DNA of 14,117 nt from Opitutus sp. GAS368 (GCA_945861645.1 CAMAVZ010000041.1:1-14117), one strand, 5' to 3'. Counted from the first letter of the stretch, positions 1-8,060 are shown. Notes: a model not told the origin generated them from the sequence alone. A program made the numbers and translations.

Positions 1-540
1 GGCCGCGCCGATCGAGCGACCATTGGTGGCCGGCGTCTCGCCGGAGCCAAGGGCTCGATGCTGGAAGGCGGCGGACTCGAGCCGACGATCGTTAGTTGGC
101 CAGGGGTGATTCCGGCCGGTTCGGTCTCTCGCGACATGGTCGATTCGAGCGACTTCTTTCCGACTTTCGCCGAACTGGCCGGAGCCAAACTGCCCGAAAA
201 AACCATCATCGACGGCCACAGCCTCGCCCCGCAGTGGCGCGGCCAAAAAAGCCAGCCCCGTTCCTGGGCTTTTAACCAACTGGCCCGAAATTGGTACGTT
301 CGCGAAACTGGCTGGAAGCTGAACCAGTCCGGCGAGCTTTACGACATGAGTGACGCGCCCTTCACCGAGAAACTGGTGCCCACCGATACGAAGGATCCCG
401 CCGCGATCGCCTCGCGCACCCGCCTCCAGGCCGCGCTCACCCAGCTTAATCCCGCCGGTGGCATCGTGGACACGGGGGACCCCTCCGGCCGTCATGCCAG
501 CAACGTGAAAAAGCGCGAGTCCAACAAAAAAGAGGACTGA
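1..540 (+). CDS. Formylglycine-dependent (S1) sulfatase, C-terminal part; 5'-truncated by the window edge
   Basis: The frame is open from base 1 (GRADRATIGGRRLAGAKGSMLEGGGLEPTIVSWPG...), so the ATG at 58 is internal. It has the sulfatase C-terminal motifs KG-x3-EGG-x3-P-x3-WPG, DFFPTFAELAG, IDGHSL and ELYD-x3-PFTE. Stop TGA at 538-540. Confidence 0.9.
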   Translation, partial: GRADRATIGGRRLAGAKGSMLEGGGLEPTIVSWPGVIPAGSVSRDMVDSSDFFPTFAELAGAKLPEKTIIDGHSLAPQWRGQKSQPRSWAFNQLARNWYVRETGWKLNQSGELYDMSDAPFTEKLVPTDTKDPAAIASRTRLQAALTQLNPAGGIVDTGDPSGRHASNVKKRESNKKED

Positions 541-596
541 GCATCCACCCGGCCCTACGGCCACCCGCACGCATCATCATCCATAATTCCAGCTTT

Positions 597-2174
597 ATGA
601 AAAAAATCCTCTCCCTTCTTCCCTGCCTTTTGGTCGCGGTAATTTGCCCAGCAGCCGAGCCCGCCGCCAAGCGGCCCAACGTCCTCTTCATCGCCGTCGA
701 TGACCTGCGCCCCGAATTCGGGGCCTACGGGGCAAGCTACATCAAGAGCCCCAACCTCGATCGCATCGCCCAAGCCGGCATGACGTTTAACCGCGCCTAC
801 TGCCAGCAGGCCGTCTGCTCACCCACCCGCTCCAGCCTGATGACGGGCACGCGACCCGACACCACGCAGGTCTGGGACCTCCTTACGCATTTCCGGGCCG
901 CCCTGCCCAACGTCGTCACGCTGGGCCAGCATTTCAAGAACCACGGCTACTTTGTCCAAGGCATGGGCAAAATCTACCACGGCAATCTGGCTGACGATGC
1001 CACTTGGTCGGTCCCGTTAACCACGCCCAAGGCCGTGCGCTACGCCCTCCCCGAAAACGTCAAGCTCGACCAGCGGCAGTATGAAATCGAGCCGGACGAT
1101 GCCGGAAAGTCCGCGGGGAAAGGCAAAGGCAAGGGCAAGAAGATGCCGCCCGCGGAGAAGTCCGCCGACGGCCCGCCCTCGACGGGCCTCAATTCCCGCG
1201 GACCTGCCTTCGAGGCCGCCGATGTGCCGGATGACACCTTCCAAGACGGCAAGGTCGCCGATCTCGCCGTCGCGACCCTGCGCGAGATGAGCCAGAAAAA
1301 GGAGCCGTTCTTCCTCGCCGTAGGTTTCATCAAACCCCACCTGCCGTTCGTTGCGCCAAAGAAATACTGGGACCTCTATGATCCGGCCGAGATCGAGCTG
1401 GCCCCGAACAAGTTCCGCGCCAAGGGCGCCCCAGAATATGCTATCCTGCCGGGCGGTGAATTGCGCAACTACAACGGCATCCCCATTGACTCGGTCCCGG
1501 ATCCCCTCGCCCGCCAGTTGAAGCACGGCTATTACGCCGCAATCAGCTACATGGACGCGCAACTCGGCAAGGTGCTGGATGAGCTGGACCGCCTCGGCCT
1601 GCGCGAGAACACCATCATCGTCCTCTGGGGCGACCATGGTTGGAAACTCGGCGAGCACGATGCCTGGTGCAAACACAGCAATTCCGAGAACGATACGAAC
1701 ACCCCGTTGCTGCTCTCTGCGCCGGGCATGAAGGCCGTCGGAGCCAAGTCAAATGCCTTGGTCGAATTTGTTGATATCTACCCCACGCTAGCGGAACTAG
1801 CGGGCCTGCCTTTGCCGGCCCATCTGGAGGGTGTCAGCATGAAACCCCTCCTCGACAACCCCCATCGCGCCTGGAAAACCGCGGCCTTCAGCCAGTATCC
1901 CCGCTCGCGCGCCCAGACCAATTCCCCGGACAGCTTGATGGGGTATGCCATGCGCACCGACCGCTATCGCCTCACCGTCTGGGTCGACCGCAAGGACCAC
2001 TCGAAAATCGATGCCATCGAGCTTTACGATCACCAAAATGACCCGATGGAAAATACGAGCATCGCTAAAGATCCCGCGCACACCGAGCTCGTCGAACGAC
2101 TCATAGCCCAATGGCGCCGGGGCTGGCAAGGCGCCCAGCCGATTGTGCAGCCTAGCGCGAAAACAAATTCGTAA
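597..2174 (+). CDS. Secreted Cys-type S1 sulfatase, iduronate-2-sulfatase/choline-sulfatase-like
   Basis: Signal-peptide-like N-terminus (MKKILSLLPCLLVAVICPA), PNVLFIAVDDLRP, catalytic CSPTR (CxPxR, 816-830) followed by SSLMTG, plus GKIYH, GFIKPHLPF, WGDHGWKLGEH and VDIYPTLAELAG. DDLRP, KPHLPF and GDHGW-LGEH are typical of IDS-like enzymes. Confidence 0.93.
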   Translation: MKKILSLLPCLLVAVICPAAEPAAKRPNVLFIAVDDLRPEFGAYGASYIKSPNLDRIAQAGMTFNRAYCQQAVCSPTRSSLMTGTRPDTTQVWDLLTHFRAALPNVVTLGQHFKNHGYFVQGMGKIYHGNLADDATWSVPLTTPKAVRYALPENVKLDQRQYEIEPDDAGKSAGKGKGKGKKMPPAEKSADGPPSTGLNSRGPAFEAADVPDDTFQDGKVADLAVATLREMSQKKEPFFLAVGFIKPHLPFVAPKKYWDLYDPAEIELAPNKFRAKGAPEYAILPGGELRNYNGIPIDSVPDPLARQLKHGYYAAISYMDAQLGKVLDELDRLGLRENTIIVLWGDHGWKLGEHDAWCKHSNSENDTNTPLLLSAPGMKAVGAKSNALVEFVDIYPTLAELAGLPLPAHLEGVSMKPLLDNPHRAWKTAAFSQYPRSRAQTNSPDSLMGYAMRTDRYRLTVWVDRKDHSKIDAIELYDHQNDPMENTSIAKDPAHTELVERLIAQWRRGWQGAQPIVQPSAKTNS

Positions 2175-2180
2175 GCTCCC

Positions 2181-3443
2181 ATGTTTATCACCCGGGCCTG
2201 CCGCTTCCTCCTCACCGGCGGATTATTAGTCTGCTCACTCGTCGCGGCCGCGCCGTCAGACGCAGCCAGCGAACTTAGCCGTGCCCGCGCGCCGCGCGTC
2301 TACTCATGGGATGCCCTCTCTCTCCTTGAGGCCCGGGCGAGTCTAGCCGGCGGAGCATCCACTCTACAGCCGGCTTTAACTAAGCTAACCGCGGAGGCTG
2401 AGCGGGCTTTGAAACTTCGCCCGCCCTCGGTGATGGATAAAAGCCTGCTCCCCGCCAGCGGGGACCAACACGATTATTTTAGCTTTGGCCCCTACTGGTG
2501 GCCCGACCCCAGCAAACCGAATGGCTTGCCGTACATCCGGCGCGACGGGGACGTCAATCCCACGAGCAAAAAAAACACCGATGACACCGCCTTCGGCCAA
2601 GTGGGCGATGCGATCCAAACCCTAGGGCTAGCCTACTGGTTTACTACGGATGAACGCTACGCACAAAAAGCGGCCCAATTGGCGCGCGTGTGGTTTCTCG
2701 ACCCAGCCACCCGCATGAATCCGAATCTGCAACACGCTCAGGCCATTCCGGGGATAAATGATGGCCGCGGGATTGGAATTATCGAATCGCGGCACCTCAC
2801 AACCATCCACGACGCTTTGGCTTTACTGGACGGATCACCCGCTTGGACGGCGGCCGATCGTGCCGCCTTGATCGCGTGGACAACTGCTTTTTATACGTGG
2901 CTCACCACCAGCCCCCACGGATTGGATGAACAAGGCGAACGCAATAACCACGGGACTTGGTATGATGCGCAGGCCGCCCATCTCGCTCTGGTTTTGCAGC
3001 AGCCTGCTGAGGCCAAGAAAATTTTAACGGCCGGACTCACTCGCCACCTCGCTCACCAAATTCTCCCTGATGGCGCGCAACCCCTCGAACTCGCCCGCAC
3101 CAATTCGCTCAATTATTCATGCTTCAACTTAGAAGCCCTCTTCAGCTGCGCCCAGCTGGCCCGTCACGTGGCTATTGACTGGCACCATTACACCACCACC
3201 GATGGCCGCAGTTTGCGCGCGGCGCTGACCTATCTCGCGCCCTATGTTGACCCGGCTAAACCGTGGGCAAAATCCGACGTGGTTGCGGCTGATCGAACAC
3301 GCTTAATTCCTTTGCTCCATGCTCATCTGCGCCAGCACCCCGACTCGGAGGTGCGCCCGTATTACGTTAAATTTGCCGCAAACTCCCCCGCCAGTGCTCG
3401 TTGGCGGTTGCTGAATAATGCCCCGCTTCCTTTTTCCCCATGA
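2181..3443 (+). CDS. Secreted alginate-lyase-fold polysaccharide lyase (PF05426-like, most resembling CAZy PL38)
   Basis: Hydrophobic N-terminus. Motifs SGDxHDYxS-x2-YWWPDP-x3-GLPYIRRDG-x2-NP, WFLDPATRMNPNL-x-AQ, NNHGTWY and DGAQPLEL-x-RT-x-S-x2-YS-x-FNL match my recollection of PL38-type (alpha/alpha)-toroid lyases. Starts 6 nt after the sulfatase stop. Confidence 0.87.
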   Translation: MFITRACRFLLTGGLLVCSLVAAAPSDAASELSRARAPRVYSWDALSLLEARASLAGGASTLQPALTKLTAEAERALKLRPPSVMDKSLLPASGDQHDYFSFGPYWWPDPSKPNGLPYIRRDGDVNPTSKKNTDDTAFGQVGDAIQTLGLAYWFTTDERYAQKAAQLARVWFLDPATRMNPNLQHAQAIPGINDGRGIGIIESRHLTTIHDALALLDGSPAWTAADRAALIAWTTAFYTWLTTSPHGLDEQGERNNHGTWYDAQAAHLALVLQQPAEAKKILTAGLTRHLAHQILPDGAQPLELARTNSLNYSCFNLEALFSCAQLARHVAIDWHHYTTTDGRSLRAALTYLAPYVDPAKPWAKSDVVAADRTRLIPLLHAHLRQHPDSEVRPYYVKFAANSPASARWRLLNNAPLPFSP

Positions 3444-4657
3444 TTAACCATCGTTCATTTTCCCTCATTAAAATAGGCTCGGCGTTGACGCTCAGCTTGG
3501 TTTTGGCGCAAGCCTCGACGCTAACCGCTGAGAGCGCACCCACCCCGCTGGCCAAGGTAATTCAGCAGACCTTGGCGACGGCTGCGCAACAGTACCAGTG
3601 GATGCTCGACCACCAGTCATTTGAAGATAAATTCCCGCGTACGTTCGAAAATAATCAATTCGTTACCGTCGCCCGCAAAGATTGGACGAGTGGCTTTTTT
3701 CCGGGGTCGCTCTGGTATTTGTACGAAGCCACGGGCGAGGTCAAATGGCGGGACGTCGCCGCGCGCTTCACCGCGCAACTCGAGCAAATTCAATCTTACC
3801 AAGGTTCTCATGATATCGGCTTCATCCTCATGTCGAGCTACGGCCAAGGTTATCGTTTGACTAAAAATCTCGCCTACTTGCCCGTGATTCTAAACGGCGC
3901 CGTCGCGCTGAGCTCCCGGTATAACGCCAAAATCGCATCACTCAAATCTTGGGATCGCCCGGCAACCGCCTTCACTTTTCCGGTGATCATCGATAACCTG
4001 ATGAACCTAGAATTGCTGCTGTGGGCTGCTCGTCATGGTGGTGATCCCGCCGCCCAGACCATCGCCCTCGCTCATGCCGATACTACCTTAAAAAATCATT
4101 TCCGCCCCGACGGCAGCTCCGTGCATGTGGTCGACTATGATCCGGTCACCGGAAAAATCATTCGCCGAATCACTCATCAAGGCCTCAGCCACGACTCGAG
4201 CTGGGCCCGCGGGCAAGCTTGGGCGCTCTATGGTTACACCATGCTCTATCGCGAAACCCGCGAAGCGCGCTACCTGACTCAGGCCGAGAAAATTGCGGCT
4301 TTCATTATGAATCATCCCCGCCTACCGGCGGATAAAATTCCTTACTGGGACTTTGACGCCCCGCGTGAACCGGAACCGATTCGCGATGCCTCCGCTGGAG
4401 CCATCATGAGCTCAGCATTTTTTGAACTCGCCGGGTTAACCGCGAGTAAGCAGGCCGCCGGCTCCTACGCCGCGCTGGCCGAAACCCAGCTCCGCAGTCT
4501 CGCTTCACCCGCTTATCTCGCGGCGGTGGGTACCAACGGGGGCTTTCTCCTCCAACATGCGACAGGCAATTATCCCCGAAAGAGTGAAATCGATACGCCC
4601 CTGAATTACGCCGATTATTATTTCCTGGAAGCTCTCCTTCGCGCGCAGCGTCGTTAG
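3440..4657 (+). CDS. GH88 unsaturated glucuronyl hydrolase (delta-4,5-uronyl hydrolase), secreted
   Basis: Motifs WTSGFFPGSLW, HDIGF, IIDNLMNLELL, HQG-x5-WARGQAWALYG, PYWDF, RDASA and YADYYFLEAL. Signal-peptide-like N-terminus. ATGA start/stop overlap with the lyase at 3440-3443. Confidence 0.93.
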   Translation: MINHRSFSLIKIGSALTLSLVLAQASTLTAESAPTPLAKVIQQTLATAAQQYQWMLDHQSFEDKFPRTFENNQFVTVARKDWTSGFFPGSLWYLYEATGEVKWRDVAARFTAQLEQIQSYQGSHDIGFILMSSYGQGYRLTKNLAYLPVILNGAVALSSRYNAKIASLKSWDRPATAFTFPVIIDNLMNLELLLWAARHGGDPAAQTIALAHADTTLKNHFRPDGSSVHVVDYDPVTGKIIRRITHQGLSHDSSWARGQAWALYGYTMLYRETREARYLTQAEKIAAFIMNHPRLPADKIPYWDFDAPREPEPIRDASAGAIMSSAFFELAGLTASKQAAGSYAALAETQLRSLASPAYLAAVGTNGGFLLQHATGNYPRKSEIDTPLNYADYYFLEALLRAQRR

Positions 4658-4662
4658 TCGCG

Positions 4663-4687
4663 CGCAGATAAAAAATTATTTACTGCG
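4663..4687. terminator. Possible stem-loop just after the GH88 stop
   Basis: CGCAG(A)TAAA ... TTTACTGCG forms an imperfect inverted repeat 5 nt after the TAG. There is no + strand U-tract, so a terminator role is uncertain. Confidence 0.3.
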
Positions 4688-4841
4688 TCACGCGCCGGAT
4701 CTGCTGCGAGCGAGGGGCGCGGACCCGGTGGGACAGCAACCCGTGACGGTCAGCACCATTGCGATGTGGCCAATCAGGCCCAGGCCTCCGGCAACGCGGG
4801 ACGAAGAGAGGAAAAAAGAAAGTAAAATTGCTCCACCGCAT

Positions 4842-4905
4842 GGAATAATTCCCAAGTTCAGACTTCGAAGTAAAACTTTCCTCAAGGCCCAGCGCAAATA
4901 TTTGC
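4842..4905. promoter_or_regulatory. Cluster of candidate operator sites upstream of the GH2 gene
   Basis: GGAAT-A-ATTCC dyad (4842-4852), AAGTTCAG-N4-CGAAGT (4854-4871, containing the perfect palindrome ACTTCGAAGT) and the perfect 12-bp palindrome GCAAATATTTGC (4894-4905). The first two recur in the 10641-10921 intergenic region. Confidence 0.45.
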
Positions 4906-5000
4906 CCGCTTAAATCTCAATGAGCGAGGCCCAGCTTGCTTAACGATACGGACAAATCCTCGCTCGTCCTCACAGACCGCGCCCGCAATTTTCCTCTCCC

Positions 5001-8000
5001 ATGAGATTACCCCTCGTTGCTTTTTTCACTCTAGGATTGTTGAGCCTTACCGGTTGGAGTGCGGACCGGCTCAACCTCAATTTCAATCCCGATTGGAAGT
5101 TCATCCAAGCTGATCCCGCGGGGGCGGCCACTCTCGGTTTCGATGATTCCACCTGGACCACCGTCTCCACGCCGCACACCTACAACGATACCGACACCTT
5201 TGATAATTGGTCACTAGCCGGTCATCGCGGTGAACAAGCGCAGTGGAGCGGTCGCACGTGGTATCGAAAAACTTTTGCGGCGCCCGAATCCTGGCAAGGC
5301 CGCAAAGTCTTTATCGAATTCGAAGCCGTACGCCAAGTAGCAGAGGTTTATCTTAACGGACATTTGCTCGGCACCGCCAAAGGGGGATTCACTCCGTTTG
5401 GTTTCGACCTGACCCCCTACCTAAAAATTGGTGAATCCAACCTACTCGCGGTCATGGCAGACAACCGCTTCATGAAAGACCCGCTCGATCCGAGTATGGC
5501 TGCGCAGGCTGCCACTAATGAAAAAACTCACCCCAATCTCGCGCAGCTGTCGAAGCAACTGATGGAGAAAATCCCCGCGACTCTGGCGGAACTGCAGGCC
5601 GACCAGATCCCATGGAATAACCCGCACTGGCACCCCGCCCACGGTGGCATTTATCGTAATGTCCGCCTCATCGTCACCGATCCGCTGCACATCACCCTGC
5701 CGCTCTACAGTTTTCTCCAGACCGAGGGTCCCTACGCTTACGCCACCGACATCACCGAAAAGTCGGCGCAGGTGAGTCTCACGGTGCCGGTGCGCAATGA
5801 ACACCCCCGCGCCGTTAACCTCTCAGTCGAAGCCACCGTGCGCGATGCGCGCGGTGAGCCGGTGTTAACATTTTTCGAGACGAAGAGCATCCCAGCGGGA
5901 TCAGCGCTAAGCTTCAGCTTAACCGGTCGTCTCGCCTCGCCTCACCTCTGGGAGCCCGCCTACCCACATATGTATAGCATTGCGGTGGAATTGCGCGTCG
6001 ACGGACAGCGGGTTGATGACACTTCCGTTCCGCTCGGAATTAGGGCTATTCGCTGGGATCCCAACGCTGGTCTTTTCGTGAATGGCGCTCACGTAAAACT
6101 TCACGGTTGGGGCCAGAAAGCCACCAATGAGTGGCCCGGCCTCGGCGCCGCACTGCCCGATTGGTTACAAGCTTTCACCCTGCAGCTCATGAAAGATGGC
6201 GGCGGTAACTTTGTTCGCTGGGGCCATGTCCCCGGTGGACCCGCCCAGATTAGCGCCGGCGACCAGCTCGGCCTCATTGCGGTTCAACCCGGTGGGGACG
6301 GTGAAAGCGACACCATCGGCGGCGCCTGGGCCCTCCGCGTGGCTAACCAGCGCGACGTGCTGATCTATTATCGCAACCATCCCTCAATTTTTATCTGGGA
6401 AGGCGGTAACCAGAAAGTCTCGCGGGCCCATGCCAAGGAATTACGCGAACTCATGGATCAATATGATCCTCACGGCGGTCGCGCCTTTGCCCACCGCCGC
6501 GCCGATGCTATCACGGCCGAATTCATGGACGTCGGCATCGGCACCGAGGGCGGCCGTGAGATCGCCCGCTTGCCGGTGATTGAAGGTGAATACAATCGCG
6601 AGGAATCTCCCCGCCGCATCTGGGACCACAACTCCCCCCCTAACTTCGGCTACCCAGAAGCGAAAGGTCAGACCTACCAGCTCACGTCCGAACAATACGC
6701 CGTTAATCAAGTGGGCCATTACGTGAAAAAACTCGGGGCGGATAACCATGCCGGCGGGGCCAACTGGATTTTCTCCGACAGCACCAGCGGGGGCCGCGTC
6801 GGGGTAGAAGTCGCCCGCACCAGCGGCGAGGTGGACGGCGTTCGCCTGCCCAAGGAGGCCTATTACGTGACGGCGGCGATGTTTCGTGACGACCCGCAGG
6901 TACATCTCATCGGCCACTGGTCCTATCCGGCAGGAACGAAAAAAACCATCTACGTCGCCTCGAACGGCGACGACGTTGAGCTGTTCCTCAACGGCCAATC
7001 ACTCGGTCATGGAAAAATTTCGAACCGCTATCTTTTCACTTTCGCCGATATCGCTTTCGTTCCGGGCGAAATTAAAGCCGTCGCGTCTCGCGCGGGCCAA
7101 GTAATCGCCACTGCGACCGAGCACACGGTTGGCGCACCGGTGGCCTTGCGCCTCACCCCGCTGGTTGGACCCGGTGGCGTGATCGCCGATGGCGCCGACG
7201 TCGCGCTCTTTGATGTCGAGGCCGTGGACGCCAAGGGTGATCGTGTACCGACTTTCCAGCAGATAGTGGATTTCGACTTCACCGGGCCCGGCACTTGGCG
7301 CGGCGGATACAATAGCGGAAAGATTAATTCGACCAACCATACCTCCCTTGACCTAGAGGCCGGGATCAACCGCGTCGCCGTACGCGCCGGTCGCACGCCT
7401 GGAAAACTCACCCTCACCGCCCGCAGTGAGGGCCTGAAACCAGCCAGCATCAGCGTCGAGTCGGTGGCCTATGCGGGCGCACTGCCGACTGTACCCGCTG
7501 CGAAGCTGCCGTCGCAACCAGTCCGAACCATTGGCGCAACGATGACCGCGACGGCGAAATCGTCTGGCACCATGCTGCTTGGAAAATTCATCAAAACCCT
7601 CAACTACACCGCGCCGAATGCCTCCATTGTGCACGTTGAGATCGACGCCCGCGACGGCAAGAACGCTTACGTTAACATCGATTCTCCCTTCACCGCCCTG
7701 CCCGCCGCGCTCCAAGGCGCCGACTGGGTGCAGGCCGATAACCGCGATGCGCTCTACAGCGCGGTGGATCTAATCGAACTCGCGGTCGCAAATCACGCGA
7801 CCGTCTGGATCGCCCACGATCATCGACTTCCTCCGCCGAGTTGGCTAACGAAACAATTTAAGCCCGCTAATTTAACGATCAACGTCGCGGGACAAGCCAT
7901 GGCTCTTTACCGCCACGACGTAAAACCGAACGCGAGTCTGACGCTCGGCGCGAATACCGAGAACACTCGCCTCAACGAGGGGAACATGTATCTCGTGTTC

Positions 8001-8027
8001 GTTGGCGCAGCGAATAAAATTCCCTGA
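5001..8027 (+). CDS. Secreted multidomain GH2 glycoside hydrolase (beta-galactosidase/beta-glucuronidase family, DUF4982-type architecture) with an extra C-terminal module
   Basis: Signal peptide. Motifs NFNPDWKF, WYRKTF, FIEFEAV-x4-VYLNG, GGIYRNV, LWEPAYPHMY, GIRAIRW-x5-LFVNG, RNHPSIFIW, GEVDGVRLPK, HWSY...VELFLNG (DUF4982-like) and ADGADVA...VDAKG (GH2 C-terminal Ig-like domain). Confidence 0.92.
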   Translation: MRLPLVAFFTLGLLSLTGWSADRLNLNFNPDWKFIQADPAGAATLGFDDSTWTTVSTPHTYNDTDTFDNWSLAGHRGEQAQWSGRTWYRKTFAAPESWQGRKVFIEFEAVRQVAEVYLNGHLLGTAKGGFTPFGFDLTPYLKIGESNLLAVMADNRFMKDPLDPSMAAQAATNEKTHPNLAQLSKQLMEKIPATLAELQADQIPWNNPHWHPAHGGIYRNVRLIVTDPLHITLPLYSFLQTEGPYAYATDITEKSAQVSLTVPVRNEHPRAVNLSVEATVRDARGEPVLTFFETKSIPAGSALSFSLTGRLASPHLWEPAYPHMYSIAVELRVDGQRVDDTSVPLGIRAIRWDPNAGLFVNGAHVKLHGWGQKATNEWPGLGAALPDWLQAFTLQLMKDGGGNFVRWGHVPGGPAQISAGDQLGLIAVQPGGDGESDTIGGAWALRVANQRDVLIYYRNHPSIFIWEGGNQKVSRAHAKELRELMDQYDPHGGRAFAHRRADAITAEFMDVGIGTEGGREIARLPVIEGEYNREESPRRIWDHNSPPNFGYPEAKGQTYQLTSEQYAVNQVGHYVKKLGADNHAGGANWIFSDSTSGGRVGVEVARTSGEVDGVRLPKEAYYVTAAMFRDDPQVHLIGHWSYPAGTKKTIYVASNGDDVELFLNGQSLGHGKISNRYLFTFADIAFVPGEIKAVASRAGQVIATATEHTVGAPVALRLTPLVGPGGVIADGADVALFDVEAVDAKGDRVPTFQQIVDFDFTGPGTWRGGYNSGKINSTNHTSLDLEAGINRVAVRAGRTPGKLTLTARSEGLKPASISVESVAYAGALPTVPAAKLPSQPVRTIGATMTATAKSSGTMLLGKFIKTLNYTAPNASIVHVEIDARDGKNAYVNIDSPFTALPAALQGADWVQADNRDALYSAVDLIELAVANHATVWIAHDHRLPPPSWLTKQFKPANLTINVAGQAMALYRHDVKPNASLTLGANTENTRLNEGNMYLVFVGAANKIP

Positions 8028-8060
8028 GTTTGGCGCACCTTCAACTGAAAGCCACCGACC

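Noticed and set aside
58..540. 160-aa ORF as a complete gene starting at ATG 58
   Set aside because: The frame is open from base 1 and the Met lies inside the KGSMLEGG sulfatase motif; this is the tail of a longer gene.
572..585. CATCATCATCCATA micro-repeat upstream of the second sulfatase
   Set aside because: Only three CAT units, too short to indicate phase variation or any function.
1017..1676. 219-aa antisense ORF, and similar shadow ORFs at 1797-2129, 5442-5804, 6441-6998, 7028-7450 and 8856-9278
   Set aside because: They lie wholly opposite well-supported genes, have no recognisable motifs, and are expected from codon bias in GC-rich DNA.
4688..4913. Track ORFs 4688-4897 (-) and 4728-4913 (+) in the intergenic gap
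   Set aside because: Non-ATG starts, mutually overlapping, no recognisable features, and they overlap probable regulatory motifs.
4658..5000. Known riboswitch, tRNA, SRP/6S RNA or CRISPR array in the long intergenic region
   Set aside because: No recognisable consensus, cloverleaf or regularly spaced repeats; an Rfam scan would be needed to exclude this formally.
8028..8060. Bidirectional terminator between the GH2 gene and hrpB
   Set aside because: Only weak 4-bp pairings (TTCA/TGAA, TGGC/GCCA) and no U-tracts.
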